Positions 50,096-60,339 of a stretch of DNA of 64,000 bases are shown here, in pieces. Numbering within the stretch: the first letter of the stretch is position 1; each line of letters opens with the position of its first letter. The stretch spans positions 124,001-188,000 of the forward strand of contig NW_024055498.1 in the NCBI RefSeq assembly GCF_902713615.1, given 5' to 3'. A model generated the notes under the pieces. It was not told where the DNA came from, ran no database searches, and was given only the letters and a program-made list of their open reading frames with translations. The position numbers and the translations under genes were made by a program. Source of the DNA: Scyliorhinus canicula (lineage: Eukaryota).

Positions 50096-50889
50096 AAATA
50101 CTAATCGAAAATACTAATTAGTTAGTCGTGATCTTTTTTGCTGTGATGTGGATATTGGAGGAAAATGGGAAATTTATAAAATTAGGAACCAGGTAATACA
50201 TAAACCCATGTGCACAGACCCTTCATTATCCTAGTAACTGTCAGGATTGTATTTGCGTGGATATTCCAGGTCAGTTTTAATAATTCATTCATGGAAGGTG
50301 CGTGTGGCTGGTTCAGCCAACATTTATTGCCAATCTCTGGTGGCCCTTGAGAAGTTGCTGGTGAGTTGCCTTCCTGAACTGCTGCAGTCATTGTAGTGTA
50401 GGAACACTCACGGTGCCGTTAGGAAGGGAATTCCAGGATTTTCCTGGAGGAATGGCAATATATCTCCTTGTCAGGGTGGTGAGTGGCTTGGAGGGAAATT
50501 TCCAGGTGGTGTTTTTTCCCAAGTGTCTGCACCCCTTATCCTTCTCGGTGGCAGTGGACATGGATTTTATTTTATTGCAGGTCTTATATAGATTTTAAAA
50601 ATAAAATCTTTGGAAGGACGTTAGTGAACATGTTGAACAATTCCAGCCACTTTCTTACCACTTCACCTTAGTTCCAACCCCGCAATTTACCAGATGTGTT
50701 CAGCTGAATTTCACAACTTGCCTTTGTGTTTTTGTGGCTTGTTTCTCATGTTTCCCTCTTTCTGTTTTCAGTTCATTTTTCAGGGTATTAGAAGATGAGA
50801 AATTACAGACAATCGTAAATCAAAGACCAGGTCAAGATCTGACACAGTCACTCGATTCTTCAGGATCTGAATATCATCAGCTTTTGAAC

Positions 50890-52068
50890 ATGGAAGGAAA
50901 AAGTGCCGTTCACAGTGGGGTAAAACTGCATATGTGTTCTGTGTGTGGACACAGTTTCAAGCGTTCATCTGGCCTGATGAGACACAAGTGCAGTCACAAT
51001 GGGGAAAGACTGTATAAATGTGGAGACTGTGGGAGAGGATTCAATTATCGAGTTGGCCTGGAATGTCACCGACACACACACTGGAGAGAGACCTTTCACC
51101 TGCTCAGTGTGGGGAAGGGATTCACACAGTTGGCTGGCCTGTTGATACACCAGTGCATTCACAGCAGGGAGAGGCAGTTCACCTGCTCCAAATGTGGAAA
51201 GGGATTTACTCGTCGGCACATTCACACAGGGGAGAGGCCATTCACCTGCTCGGTGTGTGGGAAGGGAAGCACTGATTTCTCTGCTCTGCAGAAACACACG
51301 AGCGAGTTCACACAGACAAGAGAGAGTTTAATCGATTAAACTGATTGTGGAAAGAGTTTTAAAAGTCCACGCACACTGAGGGAGCATCAGTACATTCACA
51401 CCGGTTCCACACCGTTCAGCTGCTCTCACTGCCGAAAGGGGTTCAGGACATCTTTCCACCTTATGGCACACTCGCACTGGAGACAGGCCGTTCACGTGCT
51501 GTGAATGTGGGAAGGGATTTAATCGATCATCCAACCTGCAGAAACACCAACGTGTTCACAGTGGGGAGAGACCGTTTAAATGCCCAGACTGCAGGAAGTG
51601 CGATAAAGGTTCTGAGGAATTGCGGCACCATCAACGTGTTCCCTGACGAGAGATCGTTCACGTGTTCTCACTGCGGGACTGGGTTCAGGAGAACAAGCGA
51701 CCTCACTGTACACCAGCGAATCCATACTGAGGAGAGGCCGTTCACCTGCCATGTGTGTGGGAAGGGATTCACTTGTTTTGTCCCATCTCACTGCACACCA
51801 ACATGTCCACAGGACTGAGAGACGATTTAAATGTTCTGACTGTGAGAAGAGCTTTAAAAGCAGAAAACTTCTGCTCACACACAAGCGTAATCTCTCTGGA
51901 GAGAGACTATTCACCTGCACTGAGTGTGGGAAAGGATTCACCCGGTCATCCACTTTGCTGAGGCACCAGCAGGTTCACAGCAAAGAGAAGCCATTCACTT
52001 GTTCCACATGCCGGAAGGGATTTACCCAGTCATACAACCTGCTGAGACACCAGCGAGTTCATCAGTGA
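50890..52068 (+). pseudogene. C2H2 ZNF pseudogene (MEGK-type), multiple frameshifts
   Basis: Finger fragments are spread over ORFs 50734-51339, 51501-51818 and 51751-52068. Confidence 0.85.
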
Positions 52069-52620
52069 TTACAAGGCTGTGATTCTGCTATTATTTCTGC
52101 TGTTAATGACATGCAGGACTGTTTATTCTGATAGTTGGGAGTTTATTTCTGATGTAAAGCAGCCTCATTGGACTTGGTGTGTGCCCCACAGCATTTCTCA
52201 TCATCTCTGCAAACCTTGGTTTACATTTGCATTGAACTGAACATGAAAAATAAACAGATCACAGTCCAATCTTGCAGCTGTATATTGACAGGGGAAAGCC
52301 TGTTCTGTAACTCGAGGATAAAGCTGTGTAAGCTCTGAATGTTTGTAATCATCAGGTTTGAGCTATTTGATAGACATCTGTTCAAAGCTGTTAACTTGTC
52401 AGATATTGAAGGAATTACTCTGAAAGTAAACTCACCGATTTCTAACCTCAGACTCTGGTCCTGCTGTAATGAACACTCAGCATCCATTAGTGCTGATTTA
52501 CAGTGAATCACTGATTATTCTGTGGGATCTTTGTTACTTGTTTTATGAAATATCTCTCCCCATTAGTGCTGAACTGCTGGATAACTCGGATTGCACTTGG
52601 ACATGATTTGGATTTAGTTT

Positions 52621-52984
52621 AAAGATGTGCAGGTTAGCTGGATTGGCTATGCTAAATTGTCCCTTTGTGTCCAAAGAGGTGCAGGTTAGCTGGATTGGCT
52701 ATGCTAAATTATCCCTTAGTGTCCAAAGAGGTGCAGGTTAGCTGGATTGGCTATGCTAAATTATCCCTCAGTGTCCAAAGAGGTGCAGGTTAGCTGGATT
52801 GGCTATGCTAAATTATCCCTTAGTGTCCAAAGAGGTGCAGGTTAGCTGGATTGGCTATGCTAAATTGTCCCTTAGTGTCCAAAGAGGTGCAGGTTAGCTG
52901 GATTGGCTATGCTAAATTATCCCTTAGTGTCCAAAGAGGTGCAGGTTAGCTGGATTGGCTATGCTAAATTGTCCCTTAGTGTCC
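52621..52984 (+). repeat. 52-bp tandem repeat, 7 units, derived from a V-SINE internal segment
   Basis: Unit starts at 52621, 52673, 52725 ... 52933; a normal SINE tail follows to ~53100. Confidence 0.95.
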
Positions 52985-53314
52985 AAAGATGTGAAGGTTG
53001 GGTGGGATTACAGGGATAAGGCAGGGTAGCCGTCCCAGGTAAGGTGCTCTTTTGGAGGGTCGGTACAGACTGATGGGCTGAATGGCCTCCTTCTGATTCT
53101 GTGTCAATAAAGGGTCTATGTGCCTAGATAAATTGGTAATTTGTAGCCGATAAACAATGTTTATGTCCTGACTTGTAGTCTGGCGTCTTCGTGATTTGTG
53201 AGGAAAGATTTAATTCACTCACTCAGCACCTTGAGGGGAACCAGACTGAGGTTTAATGAACATAATGAGCAGGAATAGGCCATTTGGTCCTTCGAGCCTG
53301 TCCTGCTATTCTTG

Positions 53315-53665
53315 TTTTATTTGTCCAGGGGATGTGTCTATCACTAGCTGAGCCAGCATTTATTGCCCATTACTAAATTGTCCTTGAACTGATTTGCCAT
53401 TTCAGAGGTCATTTCTGTGGGTCTGGAGTCACATGTAGGCCAGACCAGATAAGGGTGGCATATTTACTTCCCTGAAGGGCATTAGATAGGTTAGAACAAC
53501 AATTGATAATTGTTTTCATGGTCATCATAAGATTTTTAATTTAAGATTTTTATTGAATTCAAATTTGACCATCTGCCATAGTGGGATTCAAACCCAGATC
53601 CCAGGAACAGTCCCCTGGGTCTCTGGGTTACTGACCCTGTGACAATACCACTACATCACCGCCTC
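53315..53665 (-). mobile_element. DeuSINE/SacSINE-like SINE
   Basis: Reverse complement of the element at 58930-59312; Deu-like 'gtctggcctacatgtgactccagacccaca'. Confidence 0.7.
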
Positions 53666-54264
53666 CTCGATCATCACTGATTGTCTACTCCAATTCCACC
53701 TCCCTGTACTCTCCCCATAGCTCTCAATTCCCTTTATACACAAAAATATATCAATTTGTCTTAACTACACTCACTGACTGAGCATCCATTGCTCTCTGGG
53801 AGAGAGAATTCCAGAAATTCACAACCTTGGTGAAGAAATTGCTCATCACAATCTGAAATGGGCAACCCTTTATTCTGAGACTGAGAGTCAGTGTCCCAGA
53901 TTCCCCAGTCAGGAAAATAAAACATCTTCACAGCGTCTAACCACTCCAGACCTTTATGAATCATATGTTCTAATGGGATCACCTCTCATTTTTCTAACCA
54001 CCACAAAATTTAGGCCTAGTCTGATTTTATCAGCACCCAGTCACGAAGTCACGAATAATAAGGATATATTCTAGCATTTCGCCTACACTTGATGTTTGGC
54101 TAACTGGACGGTAGGTTCCCATTTTATCTCTCTCTACTTTCTGGAATAGTGAGTGTAGGATTCGTATGTTTTCTACTTTTCAGTCCTTGGGAAGTAAGGA
54201 AGTAGGGTGTCTGGACCAGAGGATATAGTCACCATTTAGTCCCATTAATTTCTCCACTCTCTAT

Positions 54265-54829
54265 TGTTATGGGCCAGGGTTTAGAGAACCCCAAAGTGTA
54301 TCATGGAATTCACCTGACCCACAACTTTTAATAGATTGTGATATGGGGAGCACACAGCCTACTCTACAGGTACAGCAGAAATGGAAAAGTATTTTTTTAA
54401 AGCAAAACAATGTTTATTCTATGAACTCAAGTTAACCTTTTTGAAACATAGTGAACATCTTAGCAACCATTAATTCAAATACAACCCCCAAAGAATACAA
54501 CACCAAGTAATGCTTGCGCTGTCCTTTTAACATCTAGAAGACTTACAAAAAACAACCTTTTAAAAGAAGATCAGGTTAAAGTCAGTACTGAAAACATTTA
54601 TAATTCTGAATTCACCAAATGATCAAGAGATAGTGTTTTGATGGCAGAGAGAACAGCAGAACGCCTACTTGGTCTGGCTTTAGCTCCAACACTGAAAACA
54701 AAACTAAAACACACCCTGCAGCCTGCTTAAAAACGAAAGTGAAAAGCAGACAGACAGCCTAGCTCCACCCACTCTCTGACATCACTGGAGTAGTTATCAC
54801 CCATTTCTTAAAGGTAGTCTCACATTACA
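54265..54829 (-). mobile_element. Solo LTR (565 bp)
   Basis: Termini TGTTATG...CATTACA with 4-bp TSD CTAT (54261-54264 and 54830-54833). AATAAA on the minus strand near 54413. Confidence 0.75.
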
Positions 54830-55465
54830 CTATTTCTATAGGTTCCTCATTCGGACTGGATAAGGGAATCTGTAACCTGCATCTGCAAAGCTGTCTGCAG
54901 CTCAGTCAGGATTCATGCAGCTTCCACTCTTCATCAATCAAACACATTTTCAATGGGAATTAAATGGACTTTTTCATTTTTTAAACTTTTATTCACATTA
55001 TAAATGTCAGAAAGCATCATTCAATCAACAACTTTTCTGTAAAATTCTATAAAATGATGTTGAAACGTGTGTCTGACTGGTTTTTCATTATTACTGGCAT
55101 TTGATTAACATATTTGTATTGTTGACCAATTTTTTAAAAGTTGACTCTTCCTTGTATTAAGGTTGCCGTCCGCCCCCTGCACTGAACCCTTAGTTCCCCC
55201 TTGTAATTAGAACGTTTTTGTTTCCTACGATGATGACAGATAAAAAGTATTTGTTTTGTTTCTGTTATTTCCTTATTTCAATTATAATTTCCCCTTTATC
55301 TGTTTCTCATTGGGGCATGTTTACTTTCACTCATCTCTTCCTATCTACACACCTACAGAAATATCTGCTTTGTAAACTCCACGAGTCCAGACTCAAATTC
55401 CCATTTACATTTAATTCAGGCTGTTGTTTCTCAAGTCGATGATCCCGACCACTGTGATCCCACTC

Positions 55466-56064
55466 CTTTTTTAAAATTGTTTTCTTTTTATTACTTTATC
55501 AGAGTTACAAAGCCAGATCTCAGAGTGTGGACAGGGGCAAACCCCTAATCCAGCTCCTTGCCTGCTCCAAAAACCAATTCAAATTGAATCCAATTCATGG
55601 TCCCCACGAGAGCGACATCCCAGATCCAGGCACTAGAAGGATGAGGGGGGATCTTATTGTAACTTACATGATACTGTGAGGTCTGGATAGAGAGGACGCG
55701 GAGAGGATGTTTCCACTTGTAGGAAAACTAGAAGCAGAGGACACCATCTCAGGCTAAAGGACGATCCTTTAAAACAGAGATGAGGAGGAATTTCTTCAGC
55801 CAGAGGGTGATTAATCTGTAGAACTCATTGCTGTGAAGGCTAAATCACGGAGTGTCTTTAAGACAGAGATAGATAGGTTATTGATTAATAAGGGGATCAG
55901 GAGTTATGGGGAGAAGGCAGGAGAATGGGGATGAGAAAAATATCAGCCATGATTGAATGGCGGAGCAGACTCAATGGGCCGAGTGGCCTAATTCTGCTCC
56001 GATGTCTTGTGGGCTTATTACACCTGACCTCACGCTGACCTTAGCCAAAAGACCGAGAGGCGAT
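55466..56064 (-). mobile_element. U2 snRNA-derived retroposon (candidate U2-SINE) interrupted by a CR1 fragment
   Basis: Starts ATCGCCTCTCGGTCTTTTGGCTAAGGTCA (U2 5' end); body has TTTTTGGAGCAGG..TGGATTAGGGGTTTGCCCCTGTCCAC (U2 Sm/SLIII region); A-rich tail. TSD GTGATCCCACTC at 55454-55465 and GTGATTCCACTC at 56065-56076. Confidence 0.8.
55636..56017 (+). mobile_element. 5'-truncated CR1 inserted in the U2-derived element
   Basis: RRMRGDLIVTY-like start and a CR1 3' UTR nearly identical to 60600-60965. Confidence 0.85.
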
Positions 56065-56264
56065 GTGATTCCACTCTTAACACCACTTGAAAGATCCAGA
56101 GTGAGGAATCATTACCTGAAAAGAGGATTGAGCTCAGGAATGATTTTAAAACAGTTGATTGGGAAGCAACAAACTTGAGTTAAATGGACAGAAATAGTGA
56201 ACACTTTTTTAGGTGAGGATGGTTTCTGGCTCCTGGAGGACAAACAGAAGGATGGTGCCGAGTG

Positions 56265-56471
56265 AGTGTTGGTGTCCATGGCTGGTGGCTGCCGTCTCCT
56301 CTGAACGGTTCACTGGTGTTGGTGTCCATGGCTGGTAGCTGCTGCCGCCTCTGAACGGTTCACTGGTGTTGGTGTCCATGGCTGGTGGCTGCCGTCTCCT
56401 CTGAACGGTTCACTGGTGTCGGTGTCCATGGCTGGTGGCTGCTGCCGCCTCCTCTGAACGGTTCACTGGTG
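56265..56471. repeat. ~50-bp tandem repeat, 4 units
   Basis: GGTGTTGGTGTCCATGGCTGGTGGCTGCCGTCTCCTCTGAACGGTTCACT repeated. Confidence 0.92.
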
Positions 56472-57338
56472 TGAGCCAGATTTCGATGTTTGGATGAAGC
56501 CAATCACTTTGAAATCTCCTTGTTCTTGAGAGCCATTGTTAATTGTTGCACACAGTTGGGTAACGACTGGCTCATAATGTCCAATTGTATAAGTGTTAAA
56601 AATGTCTTCTTTCAGGGGCTATGCTCAAGACATTGTCCTTGGCTGAGATAACAGGTCTGTCCCGTGTTTGTCAGTCAGCAAGTTGACATAGAAGCTTTCT
56701 TCAGAATACAGAGGGAGAGCTATTTCTGGAATATGCCATAAATTTCTGATGATTTTACATAAGTCGATTAAACTGTGATTTCTTACAATCTATTACTTGG
56801 ATTGAACTTGTCTCCATTCCTGGTCTGAGGGGATTTCTGGACAAGATGGGAGATGGGAAGGATAACATTCTGGACTCTCAATTCTCCACCAATTCCCATT
56901 CCCTTTCTGGGCGATAACAGAGGCTTCACTGTGTGTAATGTACAAATCAGTGAGAATTGGCAGCAAGGGCTGATCAGCACTTTCTAATCGGAAATGTTAA
57001 TCAGTGGAACAAATCAGACACTGAATTGCAGATTTTGTACCAAAGGTCATTTTGTGATTGAAGGAAAAGTCCAGAACATTGTTGTGAACTAATTTCCAAT
57101 GAGAGTTTCTGAATTATGGGGAAAGATCACAGACAGCGTTTCCAGAATTCTGCAGCCCCGAGAACACAATCAGCTATAGATCCAGAATAATTAATTCCAG
57201 CTCAGTTAAACAGTGGATTAACATTAGCAGAAACAAACCCCATCTGTCAGAACAAATGTTATTCGGGCCTGGTTGTCAGTAACAGCGGCAATAACAGCAG
57301 AATCCAATCCCTGAGTCACTTGTGACGTCGCTGGTGTT

Positions 57339-58232
57339 TCAGCAATTGGGATGAATCAATGAACCCCTTCCCACACTTGGGCAGGTGAACAGCCTCTCCC
57401 CAGTGTGAACCCGTTCATGTCTCAGCAGTTGGAATGAATCAATGAACCCCTTCCCACACTCGGGGCAGGTGAACGGCCTCTCCCCAGTGTGAACCCGTTC
57501 ATGTCTCAGCAGTTGGGATGAATCAGTGAATCCCTTCCCACATTCGGAGCAGGTGAATGGCCTTTCCCCAGTGTGAACCTGTTCATGTCTCAGCAACTGG
57601 CATGAATCAGTGAATCCCTTCCCACACTCTGAGCAGGTGAACGGCCTCTCCCCACTGTGAACCCGCTGGTGTAATGCTAGGTTAGATGACTGAGTGAATC
57701 CCCTCCCACACAAAGAGCAGGCGAATGGTCGCTCCCCTCTGTGAATTCGTTGGTGTACGATGAAGCTGCTAGAATGCCTGAAGCTCTTTCCACAGTCAGT
57801 GCAGCTGAATGGTTTCTCCCCAGTGTGAACTCGCTGGTGTTTCTGCAGCGTGGATGAAAGCCTAAAGCTCATTCCACAGTCAGTGCAGCTGAATGGTTTC
57901 TCCCCAGTGTGAATTCGCTGGTGTGACACTAGGTTGGATGAGTTAATGAATCCCTTCCCACACACAGAGCAGGTGAATGGCCTCTCCCCAGTGTGAACCC
58001 GCTTGTGTAATGCTAAGTGTGTTGAGCGAGCGAATCCCTTCCCGCATACAGAGCAGGTGAATGGCCTCTCCCCAGTATGAAGCCGCTGGTGTATTGCTAA
58101 GTTTGATGACCGAGTGAATCCCTTCCCACACACGGAGCAGGTGAACGGCCTGTCCCCACTGTGAGTGCGTCGATGAGTTACCAGCTGGGAGGGGAAAGTG
58201 AATACCTCCCCACATTTCCACAGTTTCTCCAT
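57339..58232 (-). CDS. Tandem C2H2 zinc-finger protein, 9 intact fingers (MEKLWKC)
   Basis: ATG at 58232. First finger has an in-frame deletion (KCGEVF); 9 canonical fingers follow; the last finger is frameshifted. Confidence 0.8.
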   Translation of the reverse strand: MEKLWKCGEVFTFPSQLVTHRRTHSGDRPFTCSVCGKGFTRSSNLAIHQRLHTGERPFTCSVCGKGFARSTHLALHKRVHTGERPFTCSVCGKGFINSSNLVSHQRIHTGEKPFSCTDCGMSFRLSSTLQKHQRVHTGEKPFSCTDCGKSFRHSSSFIVHQRIHRGERPFACSLCGRGFTQSSNLALHQRVHSGERPFTCSECGKGFTDSCQLLRHEQVHTGERPFTCSECGKGFTDSSQLLRHERVHTGERPFTCPECGKGFIDSFQLLRHERVHTGERLFTCPSVGRGSLIHPNC

Positions 58233-58929
58233 GGTGCCAGTGTCCTTGTGTCTCTCCACACAGAACAAGTGTACAGTTTCTTGCCAGAGCAATTAAGTTA
58301 TATTTTTTCAAAGCTGTGTAAACGCTACAGTCAGTTTTCAGGAACACATATTCGGGTGTTCGTGTTTCTCGGTGTTCTTCCAGTCAAACTGATATTTTAA
58401 ATATTTTTCCAAATGAGAACCTTCTTCTTTCCACATTCAGAAGTTGATGATATTCAGGTCCTGAAGAATAGAGTTATTCTGTTGAATGTTGATCTGATGT
58501 TTTGTTTGAGATTTCCGATGGCAAATTCTCCTCACCTTCTAATATCCTGTAAAAGGTGTTACAAAAGTCATCACTGTCAGTTCAGGATAGAAATTCTAAT
58601 GAGACAATTTTAATTTCTCTGGCATATTTTTTCCTCTCTTGTTCCCCCAAAGTAGTAAATCCCCGCCCCACACACTCTCCCTCCTCCTTGGGCTGAAATC
58701 CAAACCCATCTCACCATCTTCTCCGTTACTTTCCTCAACTCCAAGTTTTCTCCCTCTCTCTCCTCTGCCTGAGTTCAGTTCTCCAAAACACCCTGAAAAA
58801 GGAAGTTCTGTCAGTCCCAGATAGACATTCAGAAGAGACCAAAATTCTTCTTGGTTTCAGTTTGCTGCGTGCACATCTTTTCCCCTTCTCACCCTGTATA
58901 GGAGTTTCCAGAATCCATGTTAGTCAATG

Positions 58930-59312
58930 GCGGTGGTTGCGTAATGGTATTGTCACTGGACTAATTAACCAGAGACCCAGACCCAGAACAATGCTCTGGG
59001 GGGGGGGGGGGGGGGGGGGGGGGGGTCCCAGGTTCAAATCCGGCCACTGCAGATGGTGAAGTTTGAATTCAATAAAAATCTGGAATTAAAAGACTAATGG
59101 TGACCATGAAACCATTGATGATTGTTAAAAAAACATCTGGTTCACGAATGCCATTTAAGGAAGGAAATCTGCCATCGTTGTCTGGCCTACATGTGACTCC
59201 AGACCCACAGCAATATGGTTGACCTTTAAATGCCCCCTCAAGGGCAATTAGGGATGGGCAACAAATGCTGGCACAGACTGCGACGTCCACATCCCATCAA
59301 CGAATTTAAAAA
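58930..59312 (+). mobile_element. DeuSINE/SacSINE-like SINE with poly-G insert
   Basis: tRNA-like head with GGTTCAAATCC, Deu-like core and LINE-like tail. Confidence 0.7.
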
Positions 59313-59339
59313 ATGTCCAGGAATCAATTCGCAAATTTC

Positions 59340-59900
59340 TCTCTTCCTGATTTCTGAGCCTGAATGGTGGCGCATGCGCCCTCATGTACATCGTCCAATA
59401 GAAAGATGGCGAATGCGCATGCGCCTTTCTGATGAACCCCAGACAATGGCAGCCGTTATCTGGGATACTCACCAGGAAAGGTCGTTCAGCCGCAAGCACG
59501 GGTCCACTAACTGTTTATTCTGGCTTTGAATCTTCCACGGAGTGGTTATGAATTCTCTCAGGTTATTCTGCAGACTTCATTCCTCCCGCTTACTCAGCGG
59601 CTGCATTATCCAAAGCGCTGCCGATCTGTCCACTCTGTCCAGTTCCAGCATCATTACTGCGCATGCTCGTCACAGCTCCGCGCTGCGCATGGAAGTCCCC
59701 GCCTGGAGGTGCGGGGGGCGGGGCAACTATAGGGCGGGGCCGCTGTCTGCGGGGGGGCGGGGCCACTGGCAACGAGGGGCGGGGCTCCTATCTCCGAGTC
59801 CCGGCCCTGCGCTCTGCAAGCCGCAGACGTCACCGCGGAACAGAGTGATTCCTATTGGCTGATTCAGGAAGGTTACATTATGACGTCACAATGCGGCGAT
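59340..59900. promoter_or_regulatory. CpG-island promoter upstream of the 58232 ZNF
   Basis: GCGCATGCGC at ~59370 and ~59415, AAGATGGCG at ~59403, four GC boxes at 59710-59785, ATTGG, and full CRE TGACGTCA at 59881-59888. Confidence 0.7.
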
Positions 59901-60034
59901 TGTATCGGAGGAAATCCACGTTTGCCCCTTTTCCAAGTCACAACAGCAGCTTAAAGTACAACAGGTTTATTTCAAATCAGAAACTTTTGAAGGAGCAGCG
60001 CTCCGAAAGCTTGTGACTTAAAATAAACCCTTCA

Positions 60035-60339
60035 ATGAAGCCTACCGATTGGCCCACCGAGCCTGCACCGACCCACTTAAGCCCTCACTCCACCCTATCC
60101 CCATCACCCAATAGCCCCACCTATCCTTTTTGGTCACTGAGGGCAATTTATCATGGCAAGGGTAATCCACCTCACCTGCATGTCTTTGGACTGTGGGAGG
60201 AAACCTGAGCACCCAGGGAAAACTCACACAGACACAGGGAGAACGTGCAGACTCCGCTTAGTGACCCAGCGGGGAATCGATCCTGGGACCCTGGCGCTGT
60301 GAAGCCACAGTGCTATCCACTTGTGCTACTGTGCTGCCC
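60035..60339 (-). mobile_element. HE1-like V-SINE
   Basis: Head 'gggcagcacagtagcacaagtgg...ggatcgattccc' and V-domain. Confidence 0.85.

Noticed and set aside
56021-56064. Functional U2 snRNA gene
   Set aside because: It is interrupted by CR1, lacks the SLIIa region, has an altered Sm site and 3' end, is flanked by a TSD, and no PSE was recognised.
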